A DNA stretch of 64,000 nucleotides from an uncultured Muribaculaceae bacterium (GTDB lineage: Bacteria > Bacteroidota > Bacteroidia > Bacteroidales > Muribaculaceae). The translations under genes were made by a program, and so were the position numbers. Shown here piece after piece: positions 1 through 9,611 of the stretch. The notes beneath the pieces were generated by a model, which saw only the letters and a program-made list of their open reading frames with translations, was not told where the DNA came from and did no database searches. How positions within the stretch are numbered: position 1 is the first letter of the stretch; each line of letters begins with the position of its first letter. The stretch covers positions 2,225 to 66,224 of the forward strand of contig CAJUBC010000006.1 in assembly GCA_910584545.1 (NCBI GenBank). The letters are read 5' to 3'.

Positions 1-1
1 A

Positions 2-733
2 CTCCCTGAGGGAAACTACAAGGCTGTGGCGTACGGCGGTATGGAGTGCGACGCAGCCTCGTTCAGTCCGGTGGTGCAGCCGGGAGAGGGTTCCGCGCAC
101 GGATCGCTTCAGGTCCGCCTGAAACAGGAACATGTCGGCAAACGTCTCCATGACCATTATCACGGTGCTGTCGACTTCACGGTGAAGAATGACGGTGACA
201 ATGAATTCGACAGGGTCACGGTCTCTATGACTCGCACCACCAATCATTTCCGCATACTGATGCAGAACCTTTCCGGCGAACCTCTCTCCGGCGAGGATTT
301 CGACTTCTATATCACTGAAGACAATTCCTTGCTCGACAACTGCAATACACCTGTGGTCACCGGTACACCGACTGTCTACACTCCCTGGGACAAGGGAGTG
401 GTGGAGGAACGTCTCGGTAAAGGTCGCGCCGATGATGATGTGCCTGTAATCAAGATGGGATATGCGGAGCTGAGTACATCGCGGATATATATCCCCGACA
501 AACCGGTCATACGTATCGACGACCATGAGACCGGCCGCAACATCGCAACCCTGCCGCTGACATATTACCTCGCGGCGTCGCAGAGCTCGGCGTCTTCATG
601 GAGCGACCAGGAGTATATAGACCGTGGGCGCGACTGGGTTATGACTTTCTTCCTGCAGGAAGATGGCACCTGGTTTAACAGCTACATAATGGTCAACGGC
701 TGGACCGTGCGCATCAACGAACTTGATATGTGA
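2..733 (+). CDS. FimB/Mfa2-family fimbrial anchor/accessory subunit (5'-truncated by window edge)
   Basis: Frame is open from base 2 (LPEGNYKAVAYGG...). Motifs 'TVSMTRTTNHFRILM', 'AELSTSR', 'DQEYIDR' and C-terminal 'IMVNGW' are typical of Mfa2/FimB. First gene of a pilin cluster. Confidence 0.75.
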   Translation, partial: LPEGNYKAVAYGGMECDAASFSPVVQPGEGSAHGSLQVRLKQEHVGKRLHDHYHGAVDFTVKNDGDNEFDRVTVSMTRTTNHFRILMQNLSGEPLSGEDFDFYITEDNSLLDNCNTPVVTGTPTVYTPWDKGVVEERLGKGRADDDVPVIKMGYAELSTSRIYIPDKPVIRIDDHETGRNIATLPLTYYLAASQSSASSWSDQEYIDRGRDWVMTFFLQEDGTWFNSYIMVNGWTVRINELDM

Positions 734-784
734 TTGAAAGCCGATAGGGATTTTAAGGGATAAGCTCTAAAGAAAGATTTCCGG

Positions 785-1948
785 ATGATGGGAACAGTGA
801 AGAAACTGATGGTCTTGGTGATGGTGCCGATGCTTGTGGCGCTTGCTTCCTGCGTGCGGTCCGCAGAGGATGCGCCTGAGGAGACCGGGACTGTTCTGTT
901 TAGCATCAGGATAGCCCTTTCCGGCAATAACTCCTTCGCTTCTCCCGCAATGGCACCTCTTTCGCGCGCCGGCGAGGAACTGCCGGCAAGCGACATCGAG
1001 AAACTGAACACTCTCCGCATCATCATTCTTGACGGCGATGGAAAGGTGGAGGTCAACGAAATCTGGGATCTCCGATCCGCACCGGCCACCATAGCCACCG
1101 GAGAGCCCTTCAAGGTAAAGGGAGACGACAGCAAGACCATCATATTTGTTGGCAACGAGGGAAACACTGTGGTCAGGACCCCAGATGGTCAGGAATGTAC
1201 CGTCTCGGAATATTTTTCGCGCCTATATGTCGCTCTCGGTGAGGATGCGGTTACCGCTGATATAAAGGAAATCAGGGAGCTTATCCTTCCGAGGGAAAAG
1301 AACAGTTTCTTCGGTTCAAACACCACCGTCCCGATTCCCATCAATGCCATTTACGAAAACGTCCAGATACCGAACACCACAGAAGTGGTGAGCCGCGATT
1401 TCTGGCTTCACCGCGCGGTGGCCAAATATACCTTCCGCATCAAGTATGATTACTCCGACATCGAGGTGCCCGATCCGGAACAGGTGCAGGGACTCGTGGA
1501 GAGCGTGACGGTGAGCAATGTAGCCGACAGACAGTACTACTTCCCGGTAGCGAAGTTCGGAAACAGCTCCACTCAGTTCCCGCTTCAATCATACACCGCG
1601 GCTGCCTCTTCAAGTGTGTCGCAGACAGTCAACATAGACCGGCATGTTTCGCTTAAGAGCACCCTTACCGTCACTCCATATTATGTGCCGGAAGGTCCAG
1701 TTCTGAGCGCATCTTCCGGTCCCTATTGGGTCAAGGCCCGCATCAACGGCCGCGATTCTGACAGAAAAGATATAATATACGGCGATGTGGAGAATCCTGC
1801 CGCGACCTCTCCCATGCTCGACCTTCCACGCAACCATCACGTAGTGGTCGACGGCAGCTTCGATGACGCGCCCGACTGCAAATTCACCATCAATGTCTCG
1901 GTATGCCGGTGGAACGAACAGACCATCGATATACCGGAATACAACTGA
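785..1948 (+). CDS. Type V pilus minor pilin-like lipoprotein
   Basis: Lipobox LASC, 'LSRA' propeptide-like Arg site, and a C-terminal 'LPRNHHVVV...VCRWNEQTIDIPEYN' donor-strand-like end. Pilin gene context. Confidence 0.65.
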   Translation: MMGTVKKLMVLVMVPMLVALASCVRSAEDAPEETGTVLFSIRIALSGNNSFASPAMAPLSRAGEELPASDIEKLNTLRIIILDGDGKVEVNEIWDLRSAPATIATGEPFKVKGDDSKTIIFVGNEGNTVVRTPDGQECTVSEYFSRLYVALGEDAVTADIKEIRELILPREKNSFFGSNTTVPIPINAIYENVQIPNTTEVVSRDFWLHRAVAKYTFRIKYDYSDIEVPDPEQVQGLVESVTVSNVADRQYYFPVAKFGNSSTQFPLQSYTAAASSSVSQTVNIDRHVSLKSTLTVTPYYVPEGPVLSASSGPYWVKARINGRDSDRKDIIYGDVENPAATSPMLDLPRNHHVVVDGSFDDAPDCKFTINVSVCRWNEQTIDIPEYN

Positions 1949-1955
1949 TCTCGAG

Positions 1956-4900
1956 ATGATTATCCGGAGAATAGACATAATTAAATACATATCGCTCCTC
2001 GTGACGGCGTTCATGATGCTGTCGCTGAGTTCCTGTGTCGACGACCTGCTGCGGAATCCGGATGATGTGCCGGAGGGTGAGCCGGCGGTGCTTACCCTCA
2101 ACATCACCATGGCCGGGCGCACGGAAGTCACGCGCTCAGATGTGCCCGACTACCGCATCACATCCTTTTGGATTGGCATTTTCGATGCGAACACCGGAAA
2201 GCTGAAGACCTCCAAGATAGTCGATAAACGGATCATCGACACCCCCGAGGGTGTCTGGGAAGAGGTCCCGATCGAGACAACGTCCGGACGCGTGAAGATA
2301 CGCGGCGTGGCGAATCTTGAGAAACGCTACGCGCTTGATGTGCGAAAGGGGGAGGGCCATGTGATTCCTTTCCGCGAGGCCATAGAGAGCATCGAGTCGC
2401 TCGATGATTACGACAACTTCGCCGTGACATTCACCTCCGATGGCGAGATTTCCATCGAGGAGCCTCTCGAGTCTTTGGTGATGAGCGGAGTATATTCCGA
2501 AGAATACCAGCCGGGCGACAGCCATTTGGGGAAACGGCCCAACGAGACTGTGCTCGCCATACCTCCCGGCACCTTCAAGTCGCCGGGCTGCATACATCTG
2601 CGCCGTCTTATCTCGCAGAACATATTCAATATCCGGTATGACAAGAAGAACATCAAGTCGATGAAGATTACCGGATGGTCCGTCCACAATGTGCCTAACT
2701 CATGCTGGCTCACCGACCGGGGGGACGACTGGAAGAATCCTAACGCGGGAGAGGTACTGACCATCAACGGCAAGAGCGTCGATGACAAGGAGAACCAGAT
2801 TATATGGTCGCATGATGATGCCGAAGGACTCGTGTCGTTCAATTTCTGGATGATAGAGAACCGTCACACGGGCCTCGAGCCGGGTGACGGCTATACCGAC
2901 GAGAATGTCTACTCCTATCGGGAGAAGGAGTTCAAAAACCCCGACGGAACCAATACAGGCAAGTTCGTGAGTCTTGCCCGCACGGTCGATGACACTGACT
3001 ACCGCAACAACGCCACCTATGTCAAATTCTCGGTGCAGATGGAGATGAACGTGGACGAGGAAGGCAAACCTCTTTCCGATAAAGACATTTCCGCGAGGAC
3101 GGTTCTGGCGGACTATACGGTGCATCTCGGCTACTGCGAGGGCGATACCAGACGGGATAAGGCCATGGATTTCCGTTGTCGCCGTAACTCGAGATATACA
3201 TACAACGTCACGGTGAACAATGTGAACAGCATGATCGTGGAGGCCAATGGAGAGGAAATAGTCCCGTCCGTAAACGGTTCCGTGACCGACATCACGGACC
3301 GGTTCGAGATTCTCGACTCCCATTACAATGTGATGAACGTCTATTTCTCAAGGGCTGAACTTGAGAAGTTCCGTTATTACATGGTCGCTTTCGACCAGAA
3401 CGGCGCGAGAAAGATTTTCAGCTCGGAGACGAACCCTCCGGCCCCGACCGACCAGGATTTCAAGTTCTATTCATGGGTGCAGATCCGCAAGACGACCGGA
3501 GAGGACGTGCTGGCGGAATACAAGCCTCTGTCGGGCACTTATTCCGACGGCAAGACCCTGCTCCCCGATCAGCTTGATGACGGGGTGCTGAGTCCAGACG
3601 AGTCCGGAAGCTGGTTCACCATATTCATCGACGAATATGTCTATGAGGGCTATGACGGCAACGGGAATATATACAGTGAAGATAAATATAACTGGCATTG
3701 GTATGCCGACGCGCCTGACCGGCAGGTATGGCTTAACGTTTCCGGAGGTGTGTCATCGGATAAGGAGACGCTGTATCACCATTCGAAATATGCTTATTCG
3801 CAGCATTCCATCCAGACCTATTACGACATGACGGCCGATGTCCCGGCCCTCGCCATGGAGCACGTAAACGAGTCCCTGGGGCTGAACGTGATCAACAGAT
3901 GGAATCACGAAAGCGGCAAATCGGGAATAGGTTACAATCCCGACAACGGAGGGCGCTACATCATGGCACAGTACATTCTCGGCACAAGTGCGACTGCCAC
4001 AAGTGCGACTGCATGGAACAACAACAACATTAAATGGAGTAAATTCATAGATTTCACAAAGTCACAGAAGAACAACTCGATAAAGGCTCAGAATCTCGTT
4101 CTCGAGGCAGCGACCCACACTCTTCCCGCCTACAACGATGTCGGGGGATATAAGGAAAGCGATGCCGGCTTATACGAGCCGGACCGGTCCTCCAATCCTT
4201 ACTTCGTCAACAGTATGTCGGCCTGCCTCAACCGCAACCGCGACCTGGACGGGGACGGCTATATAGATGCCAATGAAATCCGCTGGTTCATACCGTCAAG
4301 CTATCAGAATCTTCGCCTTATCCTCGGCCGCCAGGCTCTGCGCGTCCCCATAATGGACTACGACGGCATCACCTATCAACTCCAGTCCGACAACGGCTAT
4401 AACACGCGTTTCATGCATAGTTCCGCCGATGGGAAGGTGATCTGGATCATGGAGGGAATGGCCATGTCCAACTGGACAGAGGGTTGGCTGCACGGAACGC
4501 CCTGGCCGCTGCGTTGCGTGCGTTATCTCGGATCGAACCTCGGTACTCCCGTAGCCGGTACAAGAGTCCCGCCGGTATACAGGCAGGACCCTGAGAATCC
4601 CAACATCATCCGGATGGTGACGATGGACGAACGGGCCATCCGCCAGCAGGCATACAGGGGTACGCTCGGAATGCCTGCCCATATCCTGACCGACCAGAGA
4701 TACAACCGATGCTACAAGGCGTTCGAGATCTCGGACGATGTCATAGTGCTCAACAGTTCCCTTATCAGCACAAGTCAGTACTTCTCGGACTACCTGTCCA
4801 AGAACAATCCTTGTGCGAGCCTGAACAAGAACGGTGAGACAGGGTGGCGTGTTCCTAATCAGAAAGAGCTGACCATCTTGTCGTTCATGAAGAAGAACGG

Positions 4901-5129
4901 CACCGCGTTCCACAACGGCGGCGGAACCGGAGTGGACTACCTTGTGTCTTGTTCGCTTTCATATTTCGATCGGAGCGGAAAAACCTATAACAGTACCCGG
5001 GATGTCTCTTCCGCGGATTTCAGGCTTATGAAGGTCCGTACGTCGGATGGTGGAGGAACTCAGGGCGGTGGTAACGGAAATGTTCCTGACTCCAATTGGG
5101 GTGTAAGATGCGTGAGGGATGTTGACTGA
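1956..5129 (+). CDS. Large fimbrial tip adhesin lipoprotein (DUF4906-like) with C-terminal C-type-lectin-fold-like modules
   Basis: ATG at 1956, lipobox LSSC, 'VTRS' site, 'RRNSRYTYNVTV', 'ACLNRNRDLDGDGYID..EIRWFIPS', 'LRCVRYLG', 'GWRVPNQKEL' and terminal 'GVRCVRDVD'. Confidence 0.7.
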   Translation: MIIRRIDIIKYISLLVTAFMMLSLSSCVDDLLRNPDDVPEGEPAVLTLNITMAGRTEVTRSDVPDYRITSFWIGIFDANTGKLKTSKIVDKRIIDTPEGVWEEVPIETTSGRVKIRGVANLEKRYALDVRKGEGHVIPFREAIESIESLDDYDNFAVTFTSDGEISIEEPLESLVMSGVYSEEYQPGDSHLGKRPNETVLAIPPGTFKSPGCIHLRRLISQNIFNIRYDKKNIKSMKITGWSVHNVPNSCWLTDRGDDWKNPNAGEVLTINGKSVDDKENQIIWSHDDAEGLVSFNFWMIENRHTGLEPGDGYTDENVYSYREKEFKNPDGTNTGKFVSLARTVDDTDYRNNATYVKFSVQMEMNVDEEGKPLSDKDISARTVLADYTVHLGYCEGDTRRDKAMDFRCRRNSRYTYNVTVNNVNSMIVEANGEEIVPSVNGSVTDITDRFEILDSHYNVMNVYFSRAELEKFRYYMVAFDQNGARKIFSSETNPPAPTDQDFKFYSWVQIRKTTGEDVLAEYKPLSGTYSDGKTLLPDQLDDGVLSPDESGSWFTIFIDEYVYEGYDGNGNIYSEDKYNWHWYADAPDRQVWLNVSGGVSSDKETLYHHSKYAYSQHSIQTYYDMTADVPALAMEHVNESLGLNVINRWNHESGKSGIGYNPDNGGRYIMAQYILGTSATATSATAWNNNNIKWSKFIDFTKSQKNNSIKAQNLVLEAATHTLPAYNDVGGYKESDAGLYEPDRSSNPYFVNSMSACLNRNRDLDGDGYIDANEIRWFIPSSYQNLRLILGRQALRVPIMDYDGITYQLQSDNGYNTRFMHSSADGKVIWIMEGMAMSNWTEGWLHGTPWPLRCVRYLGSNLGTPVAGTRVPPVYRQDPENPNIIRMVTMDERAIRQQAYRGTLGMPAHILTDQRYNRCYKAFEISDDVIVLNSSLISTSQYFSDYLSKNNPCASLNKNGETGWRVPNQKELTILSFMKKNGTAFHNGGGTGVDYLVSCSLSYFDRSGKTYNSTRDVSSADFRLMKVRTSDGGGTQGGGNGNVPDSNWGVRCVRDVD

Positions 5130-5144
5130 GGTAATACGGGGTAA

Positions 5145-6023
5145 ATGAAGGCTGTGTTTAGGTTATGGATATGTGCCGCTGTAGCGGCAGTGACTTTTGC
5201 GGCATGCAAGAACAATGATTCCGGCGGTGCGGTGGCCTCGCGTGCGGATTCTGCGGAAGTTCACGGAACTGAAATATCCTCCGGGCCCGCTACATTCTGG
5301 GACAATGTGGATTTTATCAATCCTGCCATTGTATCCGATTCAGCCATGGTAGAGCAGAAATTCGCCGATTTTGCCGCACTGCTTGCCGGTGCTGACCCTG
5401 AATTACGCGACTATTCCGTAAGACGGCTCCTCGCCAGAGCCGCAGCCTCTGAATCAGCTTATTCCCGCATTCTGGAAATCGCCGAACATTATCTTTTCGA
5501 CCCTGCGTCTCCCATGTATTCGGAGGAAGATTACATCCCTTTCATAGAGTACCGTCTTGCGCATCCGAAGCTCGGGAAAGAACCGGAGAATGTTGAGAAA
5601 CTGGAGTATAGCCTCGAGATGGCGGGCAAGAACACCCCCGGTTCGCAAGCCCCTGATTTCAGTTTCGAGACCCGTTCGGGTCAAATGCGCTCGCTCATGC
5701 AACCGGGCAGCAAGGCGGAGATTCTCCTGATTTTCTATGGTCCTGACTGCGAGCGGTGTGCCGAGGCTGTAGAGCGTTTGCGGCACAATGTCGATATTGC
5801 CAAGGCGATTGCGGGAGGAGAGTTGCGGGTGGTGATGGTATATCCCGGCGATGACCGTGAGCAATGGCTAAGCCATGCCGCCGGACTTCCCTCGGAATGG
5901 GAAGTAGGCATAGATGCCAACCGCAGGATTGACCGCGATGAGCTATACTGGGTGCGAGCCACTCCTTCGGTTTACATATTGACACCCTCGCTGACGGTAC
6001 TCGGCAAGAATGTGGCTCTCTGA
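5145..6023 (+). CDS. DUF5106-domain/thioredoxin-fold lipoprotein
   Basis: Lipobox FAAC, 'FWDNVDF', 'EQKFADF', 'AEHYLFDPASPMYSEEDY', then 'APDFSF' and CXXC (CERC). Commonly found in Bacteroidales pilus loci. Confidence 0.75.
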   Translation: MKAVFRLWICAAVAAVTFAACKNNDSGGAVASRADSAEVHGTEISSGPATFWDNVDFINPAIVSDSAMVEQKFADFAALLAGADPELRDYSVRRLLARAAASESAYSRILEIAEHYLFDPASPMYSEEDYIPFIEYRLAHPKLGKEPENVEKLEYSLEMAGKNTPGSQAPDFSFETRSGQMRSLMQPGSKAEILLIFYGPDCERCAEAVERLRHNVDIAKAIAGGELRVVMVYPGDDREQWLSHAAGLPSEWEVGIDANRRIDRDELYWVRATPSVYILTPSLTVLGKNVAL

Positions 6024-6079
6024 TGTGGCTTTCTGCGTCCGTATGAGTACTTTTATTTGCGTATGCCAACATTTTTTAG

Positions 6080-6087
6080 TAAATTTG
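6080..6087 (+). promoter_or_regulatory. Bacteroidetes sigma-70 -7 element (TAAATTTG)
   Basis: Matches TAnnTTTG about 35 nt upstream of the 6121 start. Confidence 0.5.
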
Positions 6088-6120
6088 CTCCCTATAGCTC
6101 CATAAGGGGAGCAATTACTA

Positions 6121-6708
6121 ATGGGTAATCTGAAAAAACTTATTTTTGCGGGTATCGTGCTCCTTGCCTCCGCGTTCGGAGCATCCTCTCAGGTCGTGGC
6201 CTTGAAAACCAATCTGATAGGCGACGCCTTGCTGAGTCCGAATCTCGGCATCGAGTTCGGCCTCGCACGCAAATGGTCGCTCGACATTTCGGGGCAGACC
6301 AATCTATGGCCCGTTGAAGGGCATACCTGGAAGCACGTGGCCGTGCAGCCCGAGCTCCGGTTCTGGTTCTGCCGCCGTTTCGCCGGACACTTCCTCGCCC
6401 TCCACGGCGTGGGGGGAATCTACAATTTCGGCGACATCGATTTCCCGGTCAACGCGCTCGGCAGCGATTTCCGCAATCTCAAGGATAACCGCTATCAGGG
6501 ATGGGCGGCCGGTGCCGGTCTGGCCTACGGCTATGCATGGCCGGTCCACAAGCACTGGAACATCGAGGCAGAGCTCGGCGTGGGCTGGCTCTACACCCGC
6601 TACGACCGATACCCCTGCACGTCATGCGGCACAAAGACGGCAGAGGATGTGACCCATAATTATTTCGGCCCCACCAAGGCGGCTGTCAGTGTTGTATATC
6701 TGTTCTAA
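6121..6708 (+). CDS. DUF3575-domain outer-membrane beta-barrel protein
   Basis: 'VALKTNL..ALLSPNLGIE', 'QPELRFWFC', 'RYQGW..GAG..YGY' and 'YFGPTKAAVSVVYLF' with terminal Phe. Confidence 0.85.
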   Translation: MGNLKKLIFAGIVLLASAFGASSQVVALKTNLIGDALLSPNLGIEFGLARKWSLDISGQTNLWPVEGHTWKHVAVQPELRFWFCRRFAGHFLALHGVGGIYNFGDIDFPVNALGSDFRNLKDNRYQGWAAGAGLAYGYAWPVHKHWNIEAELGVGWLYTRYDRYPCTSCGTKTAEDVTHNYFGPTKAAVSVVYLF

Positions 6709-6720
6709 AACACCGGAAAA

Positions 6721-8160
6721 ATGAAGAAGCAAATTTTCGCGGCCCTTGCCGCAGCGGCCATCGCTTTTCCCGGTGGCGCGGCGTCCGGAAGCGTGGGCGC
6801 GCTAAACATCACGGACATCGACATAGCCCGCAACCGCAATGACATAACGCTTTCCATGAACGTGAACCAACGCGGTTACAGGCTTTCCTCCAACACTCGC
6901 TGGGAGGTGACTCCGGTCATTATCTCCGCCGATTCCGCGCATTCCGTCTCCCTGCGACCGTTCGAGGTGGCGGGAAAGAACGCATGGTACTATGAGCAGC
7001 GTCTCGGACGCGCCGACAAGCTCACTCTGTTGCGCTCAGGCAAAAAGAAAGTCTACGATTATTCCGATGCCGTTCCCTATCAGGACTGGATGGAGCATTC
7101 GAATGTGTATTTCAACGTGGAGCGTGTCTCCTGCTGCGGTGACCGTCCCGTGGCCGGCCCCGAGTCGGAGCCGGTGGCAAGACTCAATTTCACGCCGCCG
7201 GAGTATCAGACCACGTTCACGTATGTAGTGCCCGTTAAGGAGGAGGTGAAGCAGCGCACTCTCAGCGGCCGCGCCTACGTCAACTTCCGCGTGAACAAGA
7301 CGGATATCGTGCCTGAATACATGAACAATACCGTCGAGCTACGCAAGATCCTCAACTCCATCGATTCGGTGCGTCTTAACAAGGATGCAACCGTCGATAC
7401 CATCCGACTCACCGGCTACGCCTCTCCTGAAGGCCCGTACAAGAACAATGTCCGTCTCGCAGAGGGCCGTACGGAAGCTGTGCGTGATTATGTGAAGCAG
7501 CTCTACGATTTCCCGGCGAGGGTATATTTCACGAATTCCGTGCCGGAGGACTGGGACGGACTACGCGAATATGTGGCCAAGAGCAATCTCGCGGACCGGG
7601 ACGCCATCCTCGCCTTCATCGACGAGCGGACGCCTATCGAGGACCGCAACGACCGGCTTCGCGCACTCTTCCCGCAAAGCTATCGCTTCCTGCTGGAGAA
7701 TGAATATCCATGGCTCCGTCATACTGACTACTACATCCACTACACCATACGCCAGTACACCACGGTAGATGAGATTCTGACGGCGATGGAAAGGACTCCG
7801 AGTAATCTGAGCCTCAACGAGTTCTTTACCGCGGCCAAGTCATTCCCCGAGGGGAGCAAGGAATTCTGCGACATTCTTGAGAAGGCTGTGCTCTATTATC
7901 CTCACGATGTGCGGGCCAACCTCAACGCAGCCAACGCCGCGCTGAGCAAGGGAGCGTATCACCGCGCCGGCATCTATCTCGACAAGGCCGGAGACAGCGG
8001 CGAGGCCGAATACATGAGAGGAGTGCTCGCAGCCCTCGAGAAGGACTACGACAAGGCTCTGCTCCATTTCGGCAAAGCAGGCGACTCCGGCAAGGTCCGT
8101 GCCGCTATCCTGCAGGTGGAGCAGCTCCGCAACGCCGAGCCGGTAGAATACTTGCAGTAG
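6721..8160 (+). CDS. DUF3868 + OmpA-like peptidoglycan-binding + TPR protein
   Basis: Signal peptide, 'GYASPEGPYKNNVRLAEGRTEAV', 'PEDWDGL', 'LSLNEFF' and a TPR-like C-terminus. Follows DUF3575 as usual. Confidence 0.85.
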   Translation: MKKQIFAALAAAAIAFPGGAASGSVGALNITDIDIARNRNDITLSMNVNQRGYRLSSNTRWEVTPVIISADSAHSVSLRPFEVAGKNAWYYEQRLGRADKLTLLRSGKKKVYDYSDAVPYQDWMEHSNVYFNVERVSCCGDRPVAGPESEPVARLNFTPPEYQTTFTYVVPVKEEVKQRTLSGRAYVNFRVNKTDIVPEYMNNTVELRKILNSIDSVRLNKDATVDTIRLTGYASPEGPYKNNVRLAEGRTEAVRDYVKQLYDFPARVYFTNSVPEDWDGLREYVAKSNLADRDAILAFIDERTPIEDRNDRLRALFPQSYRFLLENEYPWLRHTDYYIHYTIRQYTTVDEILTAMERTPSNLSLNEFFTAAKSFPEGSKEFCDILEKAVLYYPHDVRANLNAANAALSKGAYHRAGIYLDKAGDSGEAEYMRGVLAALEKDYDKALLHFGKAGDSGKVRAAILQVEQLRNAEPVEYLQ

Positions 8161-8250
8161 CCCGAGAAACCCGAGATTCTCGAGATCCTCGAGCTTCACG
8201 AGAATCTCAATTAACCCCGAAAATCCCGATTAATCCCGAAAACCCCGAAC
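8161..8250. repeat. Degenerate 9-bp-period tandem repeat with internal 10-bp inverted repeat
   Basis: Units cccgagaaa/cccgagatt/ctcgagatc/ctcgagctt/cacgagaat. gagattctcg (8173-8182) pairs with cgagaatctc (8199-8208). Confidence 0.7.
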
Positions 8251-8251
8251 G

Positions 8252-8836
8252 ATGGTAAAGAAAACCCGCGACAGATTCATAGAGGTAGCCCGCTCCCTTT
8301 TCGCCAGAAAGGGAGTGGAGAACACCACCATGAACGATATCGCCGCAGCCTCCGACAAGGGACGGCGCACCATCTACACTTATTTCAAGAGCAAGAGGGA
8401 GATTTTCAACGCGGTGATAGAGACCGAGACCGACGACCTGCTGCGCAACCTGCGCATCATCGTGGCCAAACCGATCTCTCCCGAGAAGAAGCTGTGCGAA
8501 TACGTCGGCACACGGCTCGACACCATGCGCGAGATCGTGAGCCGCAACGGCTCGCTACGCGCAGGTTTTTTCCGCGATGTCAGGAAAGTGGACCGTGCGC
8601 GCAACCTCATCTCCAAGAAGGAGATCGTGTTCCTCATGAGGATTCTTTCGGAGGGTGTGGAGAGCGGAGACTTCGACATACCTGACATCAAGGAGTGGGC
8701 CATTCTGATCACCAACTCCATCAACGGAATGGATGTGCCTTACATCCGCGACTCTCTCTCCGAGTACGGAGTGGATAAGGAAAAGATAAAAACCATGCTC
8801 GCCGATCTGATACTTAACGGCATCAAGGTGCGGTGA
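8252..8836 (+). CDS. TetR/AcrR-family transcriptional regulator
   Basis: N-terminal HTH 'ARSLFARKGVENTTMNDIAAASDKGRRTIYTYFKSK'. Confidence 0.92.
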   Translation: MVKKTRDRFIEVARSLFARKGVENTTMNDIAAASDKGRRTIYTYFKSKREIFNAVIETETDDLLRNLRIIVAKPISPEKKLCEYVGTRLDTMREIVSRNGSLRAGFFRDVRKVDRARNLISKKEIVFLMRILSEGVESGDFDIPDIKEWAILITNSINGMDVPYIRDSLSEYGVDKEKIKTMLADLILNGIKVR

Positions 8837-8859
8837 GCATCAAAACAAAATATAAGATA

Positions 8860-9606
8860 ATGAAATTACTTGAAGGAAAAGTGGCCGTCATCACAGGCGC
8901 GGCCCGTGGAATAGGAAAGGAAATTGCACTGAAATTCGCGTCGGAAGGCGCCGACATAGCTTTTACCGACCTCGTGATCGACGAGAATGGCAAGATGACA
9001 GAGGAGGAAATCGCCGCCCTCGGCGTACGCTGTAAGGGTTATCCTTCGGATGCCTCGGATTTCTCCGCCACAGAAGCCGTGGTAGAGGAGATAAAGAAGG
9101 ACTTCGGTCGCATCGACATCCTGGTCAACAACGCCGGTATCACAATGGATGGACTTATGCTCCGCATGACCGAGAAGCAGTGGGACAAGGTTATCGCCGT
9201 CAACCTTAAGTCTGCATTCAACTATATCCACGCAGTGCTCCCCATCATGATGCGCCAGAAATCCGGCTCCATCATCAACATGGCTTCTGTCGTAGGCGTT
9301 CACGGCAACGCCGGTCAGGCCAACTACGCGGCCTCTAAGGCCGGTCTGATCGCTCTCGCGAAGAGCATCGCCCAGGAGGTGGGTTCTCGTGGTATCCGCG
9401 CCAATGCCATCGCTCCCGGATTCATCGAGACTGCTATGACGGCAGCCCTTCCCGACGAGGTCCGTGCCGACTGGACAAGGAAGATTCCGCTTCGCCGCGG
9501 CGGCAAGGTGGAGGACATCGCCAATGTGGCCACCTTCCTCGCCTCCGACATGTCGGGATATGTCACCGGCCAGGTCATTCAGGTCGACGGCGGCATGAAT
9601 ATGTGA
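8860..9606 (+). CDS. fabG: 3-oxoacyl-[ACP] reductase
   Basis: TGAARGIG, NNAGIT, YAASKAG and the C-terminal 'GQVIQVDGGM'. Confidence 0.93.
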   Translation: MKLLEGKVAVITGAARGIGKEIALKFASEGADIAFTDLVIDENGKMTEEEIAALGVRCKGYPSDASDFSATEAVVEEIKKDFGRIDILVNNAGITMDGLMLRMTEKQWDKVIAVNLKSAFNYIHAVLPIMMRQKSGSIINMASVVGVHGNAGQANYAASKAGLIALAKSIAQEVGSRGIRANAIAPGFIETAMTAALPDEVRADWTRKIPLRRGGKVEDIANVATFLASDMSGYVTGQVIQVDGGMNM

Positions 9607-9611
9607 TTGGA

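Noticed and set aside
1..8160. Complete diversity-generating retroelement at the pilus locus
   Set aside because: No reverse transcriptase, accessory gene or template repeat is visible. Only target-like motifs are present, reported as a finding.
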